From a virus (taxonomy: Duplodnaviria > Caudoviricetes), in the IMG/VR virus record IMGVR_UViG_3300037440_000315, positions 36,871-100,870 of that record: 64,000 bases of DNA; one strand, 5' to 3'. The translations under genes and the position numbers were made by a program. How positions within the stretch are numbered: the stretch's first letter is position 1; every line of letters begins with the position of its first letter. A model generated the notes under the pieces. That model had not been told where the DNA came from and did no database searches. It saw only the letters and a program-made list of their open reading frames with translations. Shown piece after piece: positions 19,366-28,401 of this stretch.

Positions 19366-20111
19366 TTGTAAAATTCTTCCACCCAATTATGGGATTGACG
19401 CACTTCACCTTGGTCGGGCATTCTGTCGCCCGGAAACACCACGATCTTCGCATTCTCCGGAAGCTCTGATGGCACGCCACCGTCTGGCTTGCCGTCAAAC
19501 AGCCTGCCAGCACCGTAGATGCCGTGTTCTGCCGTCCAGTGCGGCTCATCCCATCCCAGCCTTTCGCTGATCCACGCCTGTTCCATGCCGCCGAAACGGC
19601 GATTGGCGAGGCCGGGCGTGACGGCAGGGTCGAACTCGGTGTATAGGTAGCTGTGTACGCCTGCGTCGAATAGCTGGATCGAGCCCTGATAGAATGCGCG
19701 TCGACCGCTCGGCTGAAAATTCGGATTGCGGTACATGACATTCGGCTCATCGCGCCCGAATATGTCATCGACATTGCCGGTGATGACGATATCAAGATCG
19801 AGCAAGGCGATGCGTCGGCCGAGTATCCCGCCGATGTCCGGACGCCGCGCCATCAGTTTTACCGCACATGTTCCGGGGACATGTTTCGATTTGTCCAAAG
19901 GAACGCAGCGGATGCCTTCCTTGGCGAGCGTTTCGGCAGCTTCGCGGCTGTCGGTGATGACGACGAATTCGAAATCAAGTGACGTATTTCGCTTCAGCAT
20001 GTTCCGAAGGATGATCGGATGCTGAGTTGTGAACTTGTAGCTGCGGCGGCGGGCCGGATCTTGCCACAGAAACGCAGCGAACGTGATAAAATCGTTTTTC
20101 ATTGGCATCAA
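19362..20111 (-). CDS. GT-A fold glycosyltransferase (paralog 1)
   Basis: FVVITD, LLDLDIVITGNVD (DxD), EQAWIS, IVVFPG. Confidence 0.8.
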   Translation of the reverse strand: MMPMKNDFITFAAFLWQDPARRRSYKFTTQHPIILRNMLKRNTSLDFEFVVITDSREAAETLAKEGIRCVPLDKSKHVPGTCAVKLMARRPDIGGILGRRIALLDLDIVITGNVDDIFGRDEPNVMYRNPNFQPSGRRAFYQGSIQLFDAGVHSYLYTEFDPAVTPGLANRRFGGMEQAWISERLGWDEPHWTAEHGIYGAGRLFDGKPDGGVPSELPENAKIVVFPGDRMPDQGEVRQSHNWVEEFYK

Positions 20112-20503
20112 TGACGACCGATATACACTGGGCGTTGTCTGCCAAACTGTAAGACCATTGGTCCAACCGTCAGTACGAATATGTCCGTGCGTTTAAAACT
20201 TGGCCATTTCCAACGAAATGGAAGCAGAGATATCATAATTTTAAAAAGGACAAAATTAACGAACGCGGATCCACCAATTCGCCTGATGCTAGCATCAGTT
20301 TTGACAAGCTCCGCTTTCACTGGCCCAAATTCCAAATAGCGATGAATGAGATGACTGTCATCGCCATCGCGCCAGCGGAATTTTGCTACGCGAAGGGATC
20401 GCAGTTGTGGTGCAAGTGAAACCCTAAGATTATTGCACATACCGGAAATGCCGAACCCTATGAAAGATTCAACAAACATTGGAGCTACTGCGGCATCACT
20501 CAT
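20108..20503 (-). CDS. Hypothetical protein, lower GC
   Basis: ORF between GT paralogs; GGAGG RBS. Confidence 0.4.
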   Translation of the reverse strand: MSDAAVAPMFVESFIGFGISGMCNNLRVSLAPQLRSLRVAKFRWRDGDDSHLIHRYLEFGPVKAELVKTDASIRRIGGSAFVNFVLFKIMISLLPFRWKWPSFKRTDIFVLTVGPMVLQFGRQRPVYIGRH

Positions 20504-20520
20504 GACAGATACGCCTCCAG

Positions 20521-21333
20521 CTAAGTCCACGTACCAAATCTGCGTTTCTGATCTGGATGGCTGTGGAGCGAGACCCCCTGCCATTGCTTTCTTGGGTAAT
20601 ACCTCTCAAGCCATGGGTTGGCTTCTCGTACAACGGGATTTTCCGGCTTGCCTTCACTACCAGGCGTGGTAACGAGCTTGGCATTGTCCGGCAGATCGCC
20701 CCAGATGCCTGTCTCGGGCTCGCCTGGGCGGGCTATGCGGTAGATGCCGTGGGAGGCGTCGAAGTAAGGCATGTGCGGACCCAGATAGCTCGACAGCCAA
20801 GTCTGATCATCCTTCAATACAGGGTGAGCAGGTTGCTCGGCAACATGTGCAACATATTCGGTCCATGTCCAATCAGCGCTTCCGCACCTATGCAGCACGA
20901 ACGATCCATTGTAATATGGCCTCTGCGGGACAGACGGATTATCCCACGGCACCCGCGCCGGATTGCGCCAGAGCACGATAGGCTCATCTCGCATCACGAC
21001 GTCATCGAAATTGCGGATGACGAGCGTGTCGAGATCCATCTGAAACACGCGGTCCACGCCGAAAATCTCACGGCCATTCGGATGGAACGTCATCAGCCGG
21101 CAAACGCAGTGCCCGGCATCCATCGGGATCGTGTCGTCGATCGGGATTGCCCGTATCTCTGTATCGCCGTCAAACGCTTCAGGACGGTCCGTAACGCAGA
21201 TGAAGCTGTGCGGCACCGTCAGATTGGCTTTCACCGCTCTCGCAAGCTTCCTGACGTCTTCAGGCGTATAGGGAGCAGCAAGCTTGCTGTTGGCGTCGGG
21301 ACTCCACAGGTACGTGATAACCGCAAGGCTCAC
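20521..21333 (-). CDS. GT-A fold glycosyltransferase (paralog 2)
   Basis: FICVTD, QMDLDTLV (DxD), YNGS, DDQTWLS. Confidence 0.8.
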   Translation of the reverse strand: MSLAVITYLWSPDANSKLAAPYTPEDVRKLARAVKANLTVPHSFICVTDRPEAFDGDTEIRAIPIDDTIPMDAGHCVCRLMTFHPNGREIFGVDRVFQMDLDTLVIRNFDDVVMRDEPIVLWRNPARVPWDNPSVPQRPYYNGSFVLHRCGSADWTWTEYVAHVAEQPAHPVLKDDQTWLSSYLGPHMPYFDASHGIYRIARPGEPETGIWGDLPDNAKLVTTPGSEGKPENPVVREANPWLERYYPRKQWQGVSLHSHPDQKRRFGTWT

Positions 21334-22190
21334 TGCCGATTCTCCCCGATCAGGATTTCATTCTCATCCATAAGGATGGTGAAACCTGCCTGTTCAAGGA
21401 TGGTTCGGCATTCAGGACCGGGACATTTGCCGTTACGCTCGGGACCAACGCGGATGCTGACATAGCGGGTGCGTTTCAGGGTCTCGGTGGCGCCGAGGAG
21501 CACTTCAGGTTCTGCGCCTTCGGCATCGCCGACGATCAAAGAGATCAGCGAGTCTCGATCGTAAGGCGCAAGCATATCGATGCGGCGTGATGCAACGCTG
21601 ATTACGTCATCAGACGCATTGATCGCCGACGTATCGCCCTTCTCGGTTGCGATATACAAATCAATGTTGCCGTCTTCACGCCACGCAACGACTGGAGCAA
21701 TATCGATTCTGCGCCCCTGTGCATTTGCACTCAGCGCCGGTAAAACATTAGGATCAGGCTCGATCGCCAACACACTTGCGCCCTTGCGATTGAGCGCGAG
21801 CGCAACTTCACCGATATTGGCTCCAAAATTGATGACGCGATCGCCGTCCGAAACTTCGATCAGCCCGTTGCCGAGATAGTCCCGCAGAAGAACGTTGAAT
21901 CGGTGGTCTACGCCGCGGTAAAGATAATGGCAAATGCGCCAGTTGTTCGCGCAAGCGATCCGGTCCTTGCCGTCATGGAACCAGATGATGCCGGCTGCCG
22001 GATCTTGCCCGATGCAATATACGCCTTCGTCTTTAGCCAGCGTTTCATTGCGCCAATGGACGCGGTGAACGACTTTGACGCCGGTCTCCGGGAACCAGCC
22101 GTCATTGCGGAAAGGCTGCGGTGACGTTTCGTGCAGGATGCTGACCGTCAGATGACGGGTTTCCGGTTTATACACTAGCAATGGCTGCAT
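21330..22190 (-). CDS. FkbM-family methyltransferase
   Basis: INFGANIGE, AIEPD, DAEGAEPEVL.GA. Confidence 0.8.
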   Translation of the reverse strand: MQPLLVYKPETRHLTVSILHETSPQPFRNDGWFPETGVKVVHRVHWRNETLAKDEGVYCIGQDPAAGIIWFHDGKDRIACANNWRICHYLYRGVDHRFNVLLRDYLGNGLIEVSDGDRVINFGANIGEVALALNRKGASVLAIEPDPNVLPALSANAQGRRIDIAPVVAWREDGNIDLYIATEKGDTSAINASDDVISVASRRIDMLAPYDRDSLISLIVGDAEGAEPEVLLGATETLKRTRYVSIRVGPERNGKCPGPECRTILEQAGFTILMDENEILIGENRQ

Positions 22191-22933
22191 CAGCTATTCC
22201 TCGACTTGGCGATCAGGGTGCAGAACCCTTGATCGCCACGATGAATGATGTCGAAACCAGCCGCGTGCAAGATGATCTCACAAGCTTCCATAGTCCGCTC
22301 ACCATCACGTTCGGCACTGGCGCAAAGGCTGACATAATCGGTGATCTTGAGTGTTTCCGCAGCGCCTTCCAGAACTTCTGGCTCCGCGCCCTCGGCATCG
22401 CCGACGATCAGGCGAACATGGTCAATTTCATACTCACGGGCGAGCGTATCGATCCGGCGCGCCGGGAAAGTCATGCGACCCTCTATGCGCTTTTGAGCGG
22501 GCTGAAATACCGACGTATCGCCGCTTGCCGTCGCCAGATACATTTCGAGTTCGCCGTCCTGTTTCCAGGCTGCGACTGGCTCGACCCAAATATTGCGCCC
22601 ATCAGCGTTCGCCTTCAGAGCCGGGAGAACATGACTGTCCGGCTCAATCGCGAGAACCTTGGCCCCCCGCCATTCAAGGCAGACCGCGACTTCGCCGATG
22701 TTAGCGCCGATGTTGATGACGCAATCGTCAGGACTTATCGAAACCCTGCCCTGAAGGTAGCGATAAGTCAGCCCTACAAGGCGGTGGCGAATGCCATGGC
22801 GAAAGAACCGTTGACCACGCTCCGGTACGGCGACAGCCATGCGGTTGACGCCATCCTCAAACCAGAAAACCGATCCTTCGAACCAGAAAACCGGTCCGTC
22901 GCTTGCGTCAAGATGTGGCTGTAATTGCTGCAT
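22190..22933 (-). CDS. FkbM-family methyltransferase (paralog)
   Basis: INIGANIGE, AIEPD, DAEGAEPEVLEGA. Confidence 0.8.
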   Translation of the reverse strand: MQQLQPHLDASDGPVFWFEGSVFWFEDGVNRMAVAVPERGQRFFRHGIRHRLVGLTYRYLQGRVSISPDDCVINIGANIGEVAVCLEWRGAKVLAIEPDSHVLPALKANADGRNIWVEPVAAWKQDGELEMYLATASGDTSVFQPAQKRIEGRMTFPARRIDTLAREYEIDHVRLIVGDAEGAEPEVLEGAAETLKITDYVSLCASAERDGERTMEACEIILHAAGFDIIHRGDQGFCTLIAKSRNS

Positions 22934-23468
22934 CGGCCGTTAAACCTGCATTATAACGCTTTCTAAACTCAGAGCATGCTGCTTTAATATCGCCTTGAGC
23001 GCCTATGCGTTCGCAAAACTCGGGGAACTGCCGCACGGCTGCATCGATATCAATGCACATGTGCTCTTTGTCGCGCAGGTAATGTTTGATATTTTCATTC
23101 ATCACGCCAATCATATCCAGCATTGTTAAGTCCAGGTCAGCTCTGGGCTTCCCAAGCATGCCGACCCAGAATCCTCCCATGCCCTGCCCATGTCGATCAA
23201 ACTTGTTGACATAGCTGCCAGCGACCAGTTCTGGACTGCGCGTCAAATGCACATAGAACGCTTTCTTGCCGTACAGATTCTCCAGTGGTCCAAGATACCA
23301 CGTGAGACGAAAGTCAACCTCAATATGCCGATCCGGAAAAGCTAACCTTTCGTCGGCAAAATGCCGATATTTGCTCTCATGCCCGGTCGTATAATTCGAC
23401 AGATGCTCACAAGCTTTCGAGAACGTCACTGAGCCGCACCGTCCGGTGCAAAGGACAAAAATGTTCAA
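22908..23468 (-). CDS. Sulfotransferase-like protein
   Basis: IFVLCTGRCGS (5'-PSB-like) and YVHLTR.P..V..S (3'-PB-like); TTG start at 23468 after GGAGG. Confidence 0.65.
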   Translation of the reverse strand: MNIFVLCTGRCGSVTFSKACEHLSNYTTGHESKYRHFADERLAFPDRHIEVDFRLTWYLGPLENLYGKKAFYVHLTRSPELVAGSYVNKFDRHGQGMGGFWVGMLGKPRADLDLTMLDMIGVMNENIKHYLRDKEHMCIDIDAAVRQFPEFCERIGAQGDIKAACSEFRKRYNAGLTADAAITATS

Positions 23469-24238
23469 ACTACCTCCGATGCCGGTGCGCCAAGCCTTTC
23501 GCCGTCGCGACCCGTATGCGGAAAATGCTCCCTTATCCAAGGATTTCTCTGTTGAATCTCAGCCTGCCATGCCTTGCGCTGGTCGCCGGGCGTGAAGACG
23601 ATCTTGGCGTTCTCAGGCAAGTCGCCGTCGACACCGCTGCCTGGAACGTAAGGAATGGCCAGACGATAAACGCCGTCTCGCTCGCCATCCCAGTACGGCA
23701 TGTCGGGTCCGAGCGCGTCGGAGATCAGCCACTGGTCATCCTTGGCCTGTTTCGGCGTCACGTCAGGATCGAATTCCGTATAGAAATGCTCCAGCGTCCC
23801 GGTCTTGTAGAGGAACATCGACAGATTGTACCAGCATGGGCCGCCCGGCTGATTGTAGGGCACGCGCCGGGGATTGCGCCAGAGCACCATATCCTCGTCG
23901 CGATCGACGATGGAATCCATGTTGCGGACGATCAGCATGTCGATGTCCACCTGCAGGATGCGCTCGCCGAACAGATCCTTTGCCTGCGGGCTGAAGGTCA
24001 TCAGGCGGCAATAGCAGCGACCGGGGATGTGCGTGGTCATGTCAAGTTCGACGGCGCGGATCTTCGGCTCGTTGGCAAACAAATCCGTCCGGTTTGTGAT
24101 GCAGACGAATTCATGCGGGACAGTCAGATGCTTTTCGAACATCGCCTGCAGGATGCGTGCGTCGTCAAGACCATAGATGTATTTGTCGTTGTGCTTGCCG
24201 TTCGGCTCTTGCCAAGCGTAAGTGACTACGGATAACAT
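23465..24238 (-). CDS. GT-A fold glycosyltransferase (paralog 3)
   Basis: FVCITN, QVDIDMLI (DxD), YNLS, DDQWLIS. Confidence 0.8.
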   Translation of the reverse strand: MLSVVTYAWQEPNGKHNDKYIYGLDDARILQAMFEKHLTVPHEFVCITNRTDLFANEPKIRAVELDMTTHIPGRCYCRLMTFSPQAKDLFGERILQVDIDMLIVRNMDSIVDRDEDMVLWRNPRRVPYNQPGGPCWYNLSMFLYKTGTLEHFYTEFDPDVTPKQAKDDQWLISDALGPDMPYWDGERDGVYRLAIPYVPGSGVDGDLPENAKIVFTPGDQRKAWQAEIQQRNPWIREHFPHTGRDGERLGAPASEVV

Positions 24239-24296
24239 GCGTCAGATTCCTTCGCTCATGATGACAACACTTGTTTGCAAAAGTTCGGCAGCAAAC

Positions 24297-25454
24297 TCAA
24301 GCGCATTCCCAGATTTCAGGCTGATTTTGCCCAACTATCTGCTTCTCGAAACAGGAAAGCGCGCGGGCGACCGCCTGATCCATGTTGTAATAGCTGTAGT
24401 CGGCGAGCCGCCCGGCAAAAATGACATCAGACCGCCGCGCCGCCATCACTTCGTATTTCCGGAACACGCCGCGGTTTTCTTCCCGTGGAACCGGATAGTA
24501 AGGTTCGTTGACGCCAGGCCGATAGTCTTCCGGGTATTCAAAAACCTGCGTCGTAAAGTCGACGTCGTCCTGGCCGGTCAGCCAGCGGAATTCGGTCGAT
24601 CGTGTGTACGGATGCATTGCGGCCGGCGTCGGGTAGTTCTCGACTGCGCTCCCTTGGACCGGCTTGTCCGACGGCCTGGATATGAACTCGAACCGGATGC
24701 TGCGATAAGGCAGCGCCCCGTGTTCATAGCCGAAAAATTCGTCGATCGGACCTGTGTAGATTATCCGCTCGAATTCTTCGCTTCCGTCGATTTCGCCGAA
24801 GCTTGCGCCTGTCTGGACTTCAATGAGCGGATGATCCAGCATTCGCGCAAAGAGCGCCGCATAGCCATCGCGCGGCATGATCTGGAACCGGTCCTGAAAA
24901 TACCGGTCATCTCGGGACAGATGCACCGGAACCCTTGCCGAGACCGAGGCGTCAAGATCTTCCGGCCGGACGCCCCATTGTTTGACCGTATAGTGCAGGA
25001 AGACTTTTTCGTAGACGAGATCGGCAATCTGCCGGGTCTCCTGCGAAGATGACTCCCGCATCTTGAGGATCGGAACCTTGCTTTCAGCTCCGAATTCGCC
25101 GATGAGACATTCATTCAGATGCGGCGCCTGCTGGCCGAACACCATCTCCATCGACGTGAGATTGAACGGCAGCGGTACGAACTGGCCGTCGACCCAGCCC
25201 GTCACCCGGTGCTCGTAGGGCCGCCACTCGGCGAACTGGCTCAGATACTCAACGATCCTCGGCGAATTGGTATGGAAGATATGCGGTCCATAGCGATGGA
25301 CGAGAACGCCATGCTCATCGTGATGGTCATAGGCATTGCCGCCGGTGTGATCCCGCCGGTCGATGACCAGAACGCGCCGCCCGAGTTGAGACGCGATCCG
25401 CTCCGCTATCGTCGCGCCAGTGAAGCCAGCCCCGACAACCAGAAAGCGCCGCAT
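24297..25454 (-). CDS. glf: UDP-galactopyranose mutase
   Basis: VVGAGFTGA FAD motif, GGNAYD, HRYGPHIFHT, YT.KQWG, EPYYP, GRLADYSYYNMDQ. Confidence 0.95.
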   Translation of the reverse strand: MRRFLVVGAGFTGATIAERIASQLGRRVLVIDRRDHTGGNAYDHHDEHGVLVHRYGPHIFHTNSPRIVEYLSQFAEWRPYEHRVTGWVDGQFVPLPFNLTSMEMVFGQQAPHLNECLIGEFGAESKVPILKMRESSSQETRQIADLVYEKVFLHYTVKQWGVRPEDLDASVSARVPVHLSRDDRYFQDRFQIMPRDGYAALFARMLDHPLIEVQTGASFGEIDGSEEFERIIYTGPIDEFFGYEHGALPYRSIRFEFISRPSDKPVQGSAVENYPTPAAMHPYTRSTEFRWLTGQDDVDFTTQVFEYPEDYRPGVNEPYYPVPREENRGVFRKYEVMAARRSDVIFAGRLADYSYYNMDQAVARALSCFEKQIVGQNQPEIWECA

Positions 25455-25468
25455 TCTTTCAGTCCCGA

Positions 25469-26146
25469 TCAGAACACTTCCGGATCGTCATGAAGCAGCA
25501 TGCTTTCCGGCGCCACCTTGACCTTGATGCCGCGCCGGATCGCCTCTTCAAGAAAATACTGCGTCGATGGACGCTGCAACTGATACTCGTGTTTGTCGCC
25601 TCTTTGCAAGATGCCGTATAATGCAATCTCGGGGATACCCTGCTTCTCGCATTCCGTGATCGCGAGCGCCAGCATGAAGGCGATCGAGGATTTGAACTGC
25701 GAACGATGGAACTTGCCCGGCGTGAACTCGATTTTGCCGTCCTTGCGGATGACCTTGCGACCGCGCATTTCTTCATCCGGGTACGGCACGGCAGTAGGAA
25801 ACAGCGGCGTGCCGTTCTCCATCCGCATCCGCATCGCGATCAGATCGCGCATGTAGACGACGGGAATGTTTTTCAGCCAGTCGTAATAGGCGTATGGCAG
25901 GGTCTTATCGAATGCGGGCGTATGGCAGACAAACCACCCGTCAGCCCGTGGGATGGCTTGTGCGTGCTCTGCATGGCCATAGGGTGAGTTGTCCGGGGAG
26001 CAGGCCCAGATCCGCCAGTCCTTGTTTGCGAACGGCGCTGTCTTGACAGTGACAGGATGGCTTCCGCATATGGCTATCCCCTGCACGGAAACGGCCGGGA
26101 CGATTGTCTCGTCACCGGCCGGCAGATCGGTTACTTTTTGAAGCAT
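25469..26146 (-). CDS. Putative Maf/DUF115/sialyltransferase-like glycosyltransferase
   Basis: IAICGS...IWAC N-terminus and SSIAFMLALA....G..EIALYGI C-terminus resemble the Maf/GT29/GT42-type fold. Confidence 0.5.
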   Translation of the reverse strand: MLQKVTDLPAGDETIVPAVSVQGIAICGSHPVTVKTAPFANKDWRIWACSPDNSPYGHAEHAQAIPRADGWFVCHTPAFDKTLPYAYYDWLKNIPVVYMRDLIAMRMRMENGTPLFPTAVPYPDEEMRGRKVIRKDGKIEFTPGKFHRSQFKSSIAFMLALAITECEKQGIPEIALYGILQRGDKHEYQLQRPSTQYFLEEAIRRGIKVKVAPESMLLHDDPEVF

Positions 26147-26160
26147 TACTATCCCTTGGC

Positions 26161-27015
26161 TTAATCGCCCGTGTCACGCGAGGCGGAAACATTGATCCAA
26201 TCCAGATCAACATTCACCGCATTGGATTCGGATTTGAACGCAGCAACGACGGGAACCATTGCGCGAGCAGCCGGGACCGGATTGGAAAGCGAGCCCTTGA
26301 GAATACCGCCCTGGTAAAAATACGCTATATCGCCATCTTCACCAGCGCCGGTGTCGCCGAAGACGATCTCCAGAACTTCGTAGACATTATCGGTCGGCGT
26401 AGCGCCAGCAACCGGCGTAGCGACGGTATCGGCGTTGACCGCCACGCCGCGCCATGCCGTCGAAGGCGAGCCAGCGCCGCCGGCGTACAGGAACCCAACC
26501 GCGCTGCTCGACAATGCAACCGGAACGCCGGCATCGTCACCAGTGTCATACATCGGCATCTGGCTCGCGCCTGTGTCGGCAAAGCCGGCGAACACATTGG
26601 CCCCGGTCAGATCATCGATCTTGATCCTTGCCGCAAAGCGAAGATTGCCCTGCTTGGCCTTCCACTGCGGGAACAGTCCGGTATTGATGAGCCCGTGGTT
26701 TAATGGAATCGGAGCCGAGTTAGCCACGAAAGCAAGCCGGAAGATGCCGTTCGTGCCCGCCGCGACTACGCCGCTGATATCGGCCGCGCCGGTGTCGTTC
26801 TCAGCGAAGTTCCAGCTATCATCGACGAGATCGCCGAGGAAGTCGTCAAAGACCGCCGGGCGCGCCGGATTGCCGGGGAGAACGATGTTGCCGCCCTTGT
26901 TGCCGATCGATTTCTGGCCGCCGGCGACAAAGCCGCCCCTTGCCACCAGAGCGTTTTCGTTCGTATCATAAACATCCTGTCCGTGGATGCTATGGCGTTT
27001 TGTAAGTCTAGCCAT
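26161..27015 (-). CDS. DTG-rich beta-sandwich protein, putative virion surface (lectin-like) protein; 5 DTG
   Basis: Gly/Ala/Asp-rich, beta-strand pattern, FDDF...VDLDWI ends. Confidence 0.6.
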   Translation of the reverse strand: MARLTKRHSIHGQDVYDTNENALVARGGFVAGGQKSIGNKGGNIVLPGNPARPAVFDDFLGDLVDDSWNFAENDTGAADISGVVAAGTNGIFRLAFVANSAPIPLNHGLINTGLFPQWKAKQGNLRFAARIKIDDLTGANVFAGFADTGASQMPMYDTGDDAGVPVALSSSAVGFLYAGGAGSPSTAWRGVAVNADTVATPVAGATPTDNVYEVLEIVFGDTGAGEDGDIAYFYQGGILKGSLSNPVPAARAMVPVVAAFKSESNAVNVDLDWINVSASRDTGD

Positions 27016-27045
27016 TGGTTTGTAGCCTCTGCTTATGGTTTTGGA

Positions 27046-27684
27046 TTACTGAGGGTAGAAAACGCCAACTGTCGGCCCGGGCGAGCCGAATTCTGCTTCA
27101 TGGGCGGGGCCAGACGGGCCGCCTGCTTCCATGATTTTTTGATCAAGCCATCCGTAGCGTTCGAGCAGTTCGGGCTCGTCGGAGAAACGATGGTTCGGGA
27201 ATGTCTCGATCGCTACGATGCGACCCGGCGACGGTGCGCCATGGTCAAGCCTGCGCATGTCGTGGATGAAACCGACCTTCACATGCGGGAGCCTGAAGCA
27301 TTCCCTGATGAGATCGATCGCGACAAAGCCCTTCGGACCATCGCAGAGAACGGCCGTGGCGCTCGGGCTGGCTTTCGCCGCAAGTTCTGGTAAAAGCTGG
27401 CGGGCGTCGCCGTGATGCAGCCTGACATTCGGCCAGACGCCTGCACGCTGAATTCCGAACCGGGCGTCTTGATCATCGCGCAGCTCGATCGAATGGATCT
27501 CGACATGCGGGAGATACTTCGCCAGCATGTAAGTCGATTGCGCGCGGGCGCGGCCGGATTCGATGAACGTCTCTATTCCAAGATCAAGGCACGTCTCGAT
27601 GATCAGCGCCATTTCGGAATGGTTGACGCCGCGGTGCTCATAGGGCTCGGCGGCGATACGCGACAGATCCAATCGGTGCGTCAT
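27046..27684 (-). CDS. Class I SAM-dependent methyltransferase (Methyltransf_24-like)
   Basis: FIESGRARAQST, IHSIEL, HGDA, LCDGPK, FIHD. Confidence 0.7.
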   Translation of the reverse strand: MTHRLDLSRIAAEPYEHRGVNHSEMALIIETCLDLGIETFIESGRARAQSTYMLAKYLPHVEIHSIELRDDQDARFGIQRAGVWPNVRLHHGDARQLLPELAAKASPSATAVLCDGPKGFVAIDLIRECFRLPHVKVGFIHDMRRLDHGAPSPGRIVAIETFPNHRFSDEPELLERYGWLDQKIMEAGGPSGPAHEAEFGSPGPTVGVFYPQ

Positions 27685-28103
27685 ACGCTGGAGATGTTGA
27701 TGTCCGCGCCGTTCAGACCCTTGGAGCCGTCGGCCCAGATGAGAGAACTCATGTCGCCGTCCATGCCGCGCATGTCATAAACCGTCTTGCCTGCAACGTC
27801 AGTTGGCGACAGTTGTTCGCTGGTCTTGCCGTTGCGGACATAGCCACCTTCATCAATGATGAATTCGTAGCTGGCAGCTTTCGGCTTTTTGACGGCGCCG
27901 AATTTGGCTTGAGATGCTACAGGTTTCACATCCTGTGCTTGTGCTGTCATCTGCTGCGCTGCATCCCCGCCATAGACGATCCCGAAAGCCATCGACATCA
28001 TGTCGAGCCAAGCTATTTGCTTTTCGACAGCCCAGTCTGCATTGGCATCGGGCAGTTCGGCGATGAGCGCCTGAATGAGCGGGTTTTTCTTGGGACGCGC
28101 CAA
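27681..28103 (-). CDS. Hypothetical protein
   Basis: Probable TTG start at 28103, just after the stop of the upstream small ORF. Confidence 0.5.
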   Translation of the reverse strand: MARPKKNPLIQALIAELPDANADWAVEKQIAWLDMMSMAFGIVYGGDAAQQMTAQAQDVKPVASQAKFGAVKKPKAASYEFIIDEGGYVRNGKTSEQLSPTDVAGKTVYDMRGMDGDMSSLIWADGSKGLNGADINISSV

Positions 28104-28104
28104 T

Positions 28105-28296
28105 TTAGTAACCTTCTGCGATGGTGCGGGGGCGCTTGCCGGACCTTCCGGTATTGCCGAGCGCGATGGCGATGGCTTGCCGGTTCGCGGTCGCCTTGCC
28201 GTGTTTTGCTTTGGTTTTCGCATACTGCTTTCCGTCGTGGAACTCACTGATGTTGGTCGCGACCATTTCTTTACTCGCTCCGCGCTTCAATGGCAT
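28105..28296 (-). CDS. Small basic phage protein
   Basis: MPLK.G.S....NI.E...QAIAIAL pattern common in phage late regions; GGAGG RBS. Confidence 0.6.
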   Translation of the reverse strand: MPLKRGASKEMVATNISEFHDGKQYAKTKAKHGKATANRQAIAIALGNTGRSGKRPRTIAEGY

Positions 28297-28401
28297 GGGT
28301 TATATCCTCCGTGGCCCACTTCATGCGCCGCTGGATTTGAGATTGCGTCGTTATAGAGGAGCAGCTAAAGTTGATCTTGGCATATTGATGGGGGATTTCA
28401 G

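Noticed and set aside
25-28356. Numerous long plus-strand ORFs (e.g. 709-1494, 9119-10156, 20557-21465)
   Set aside because: Antisense shadows of well-supported minus-strand genes in GC-rich DNA, with no motifs.
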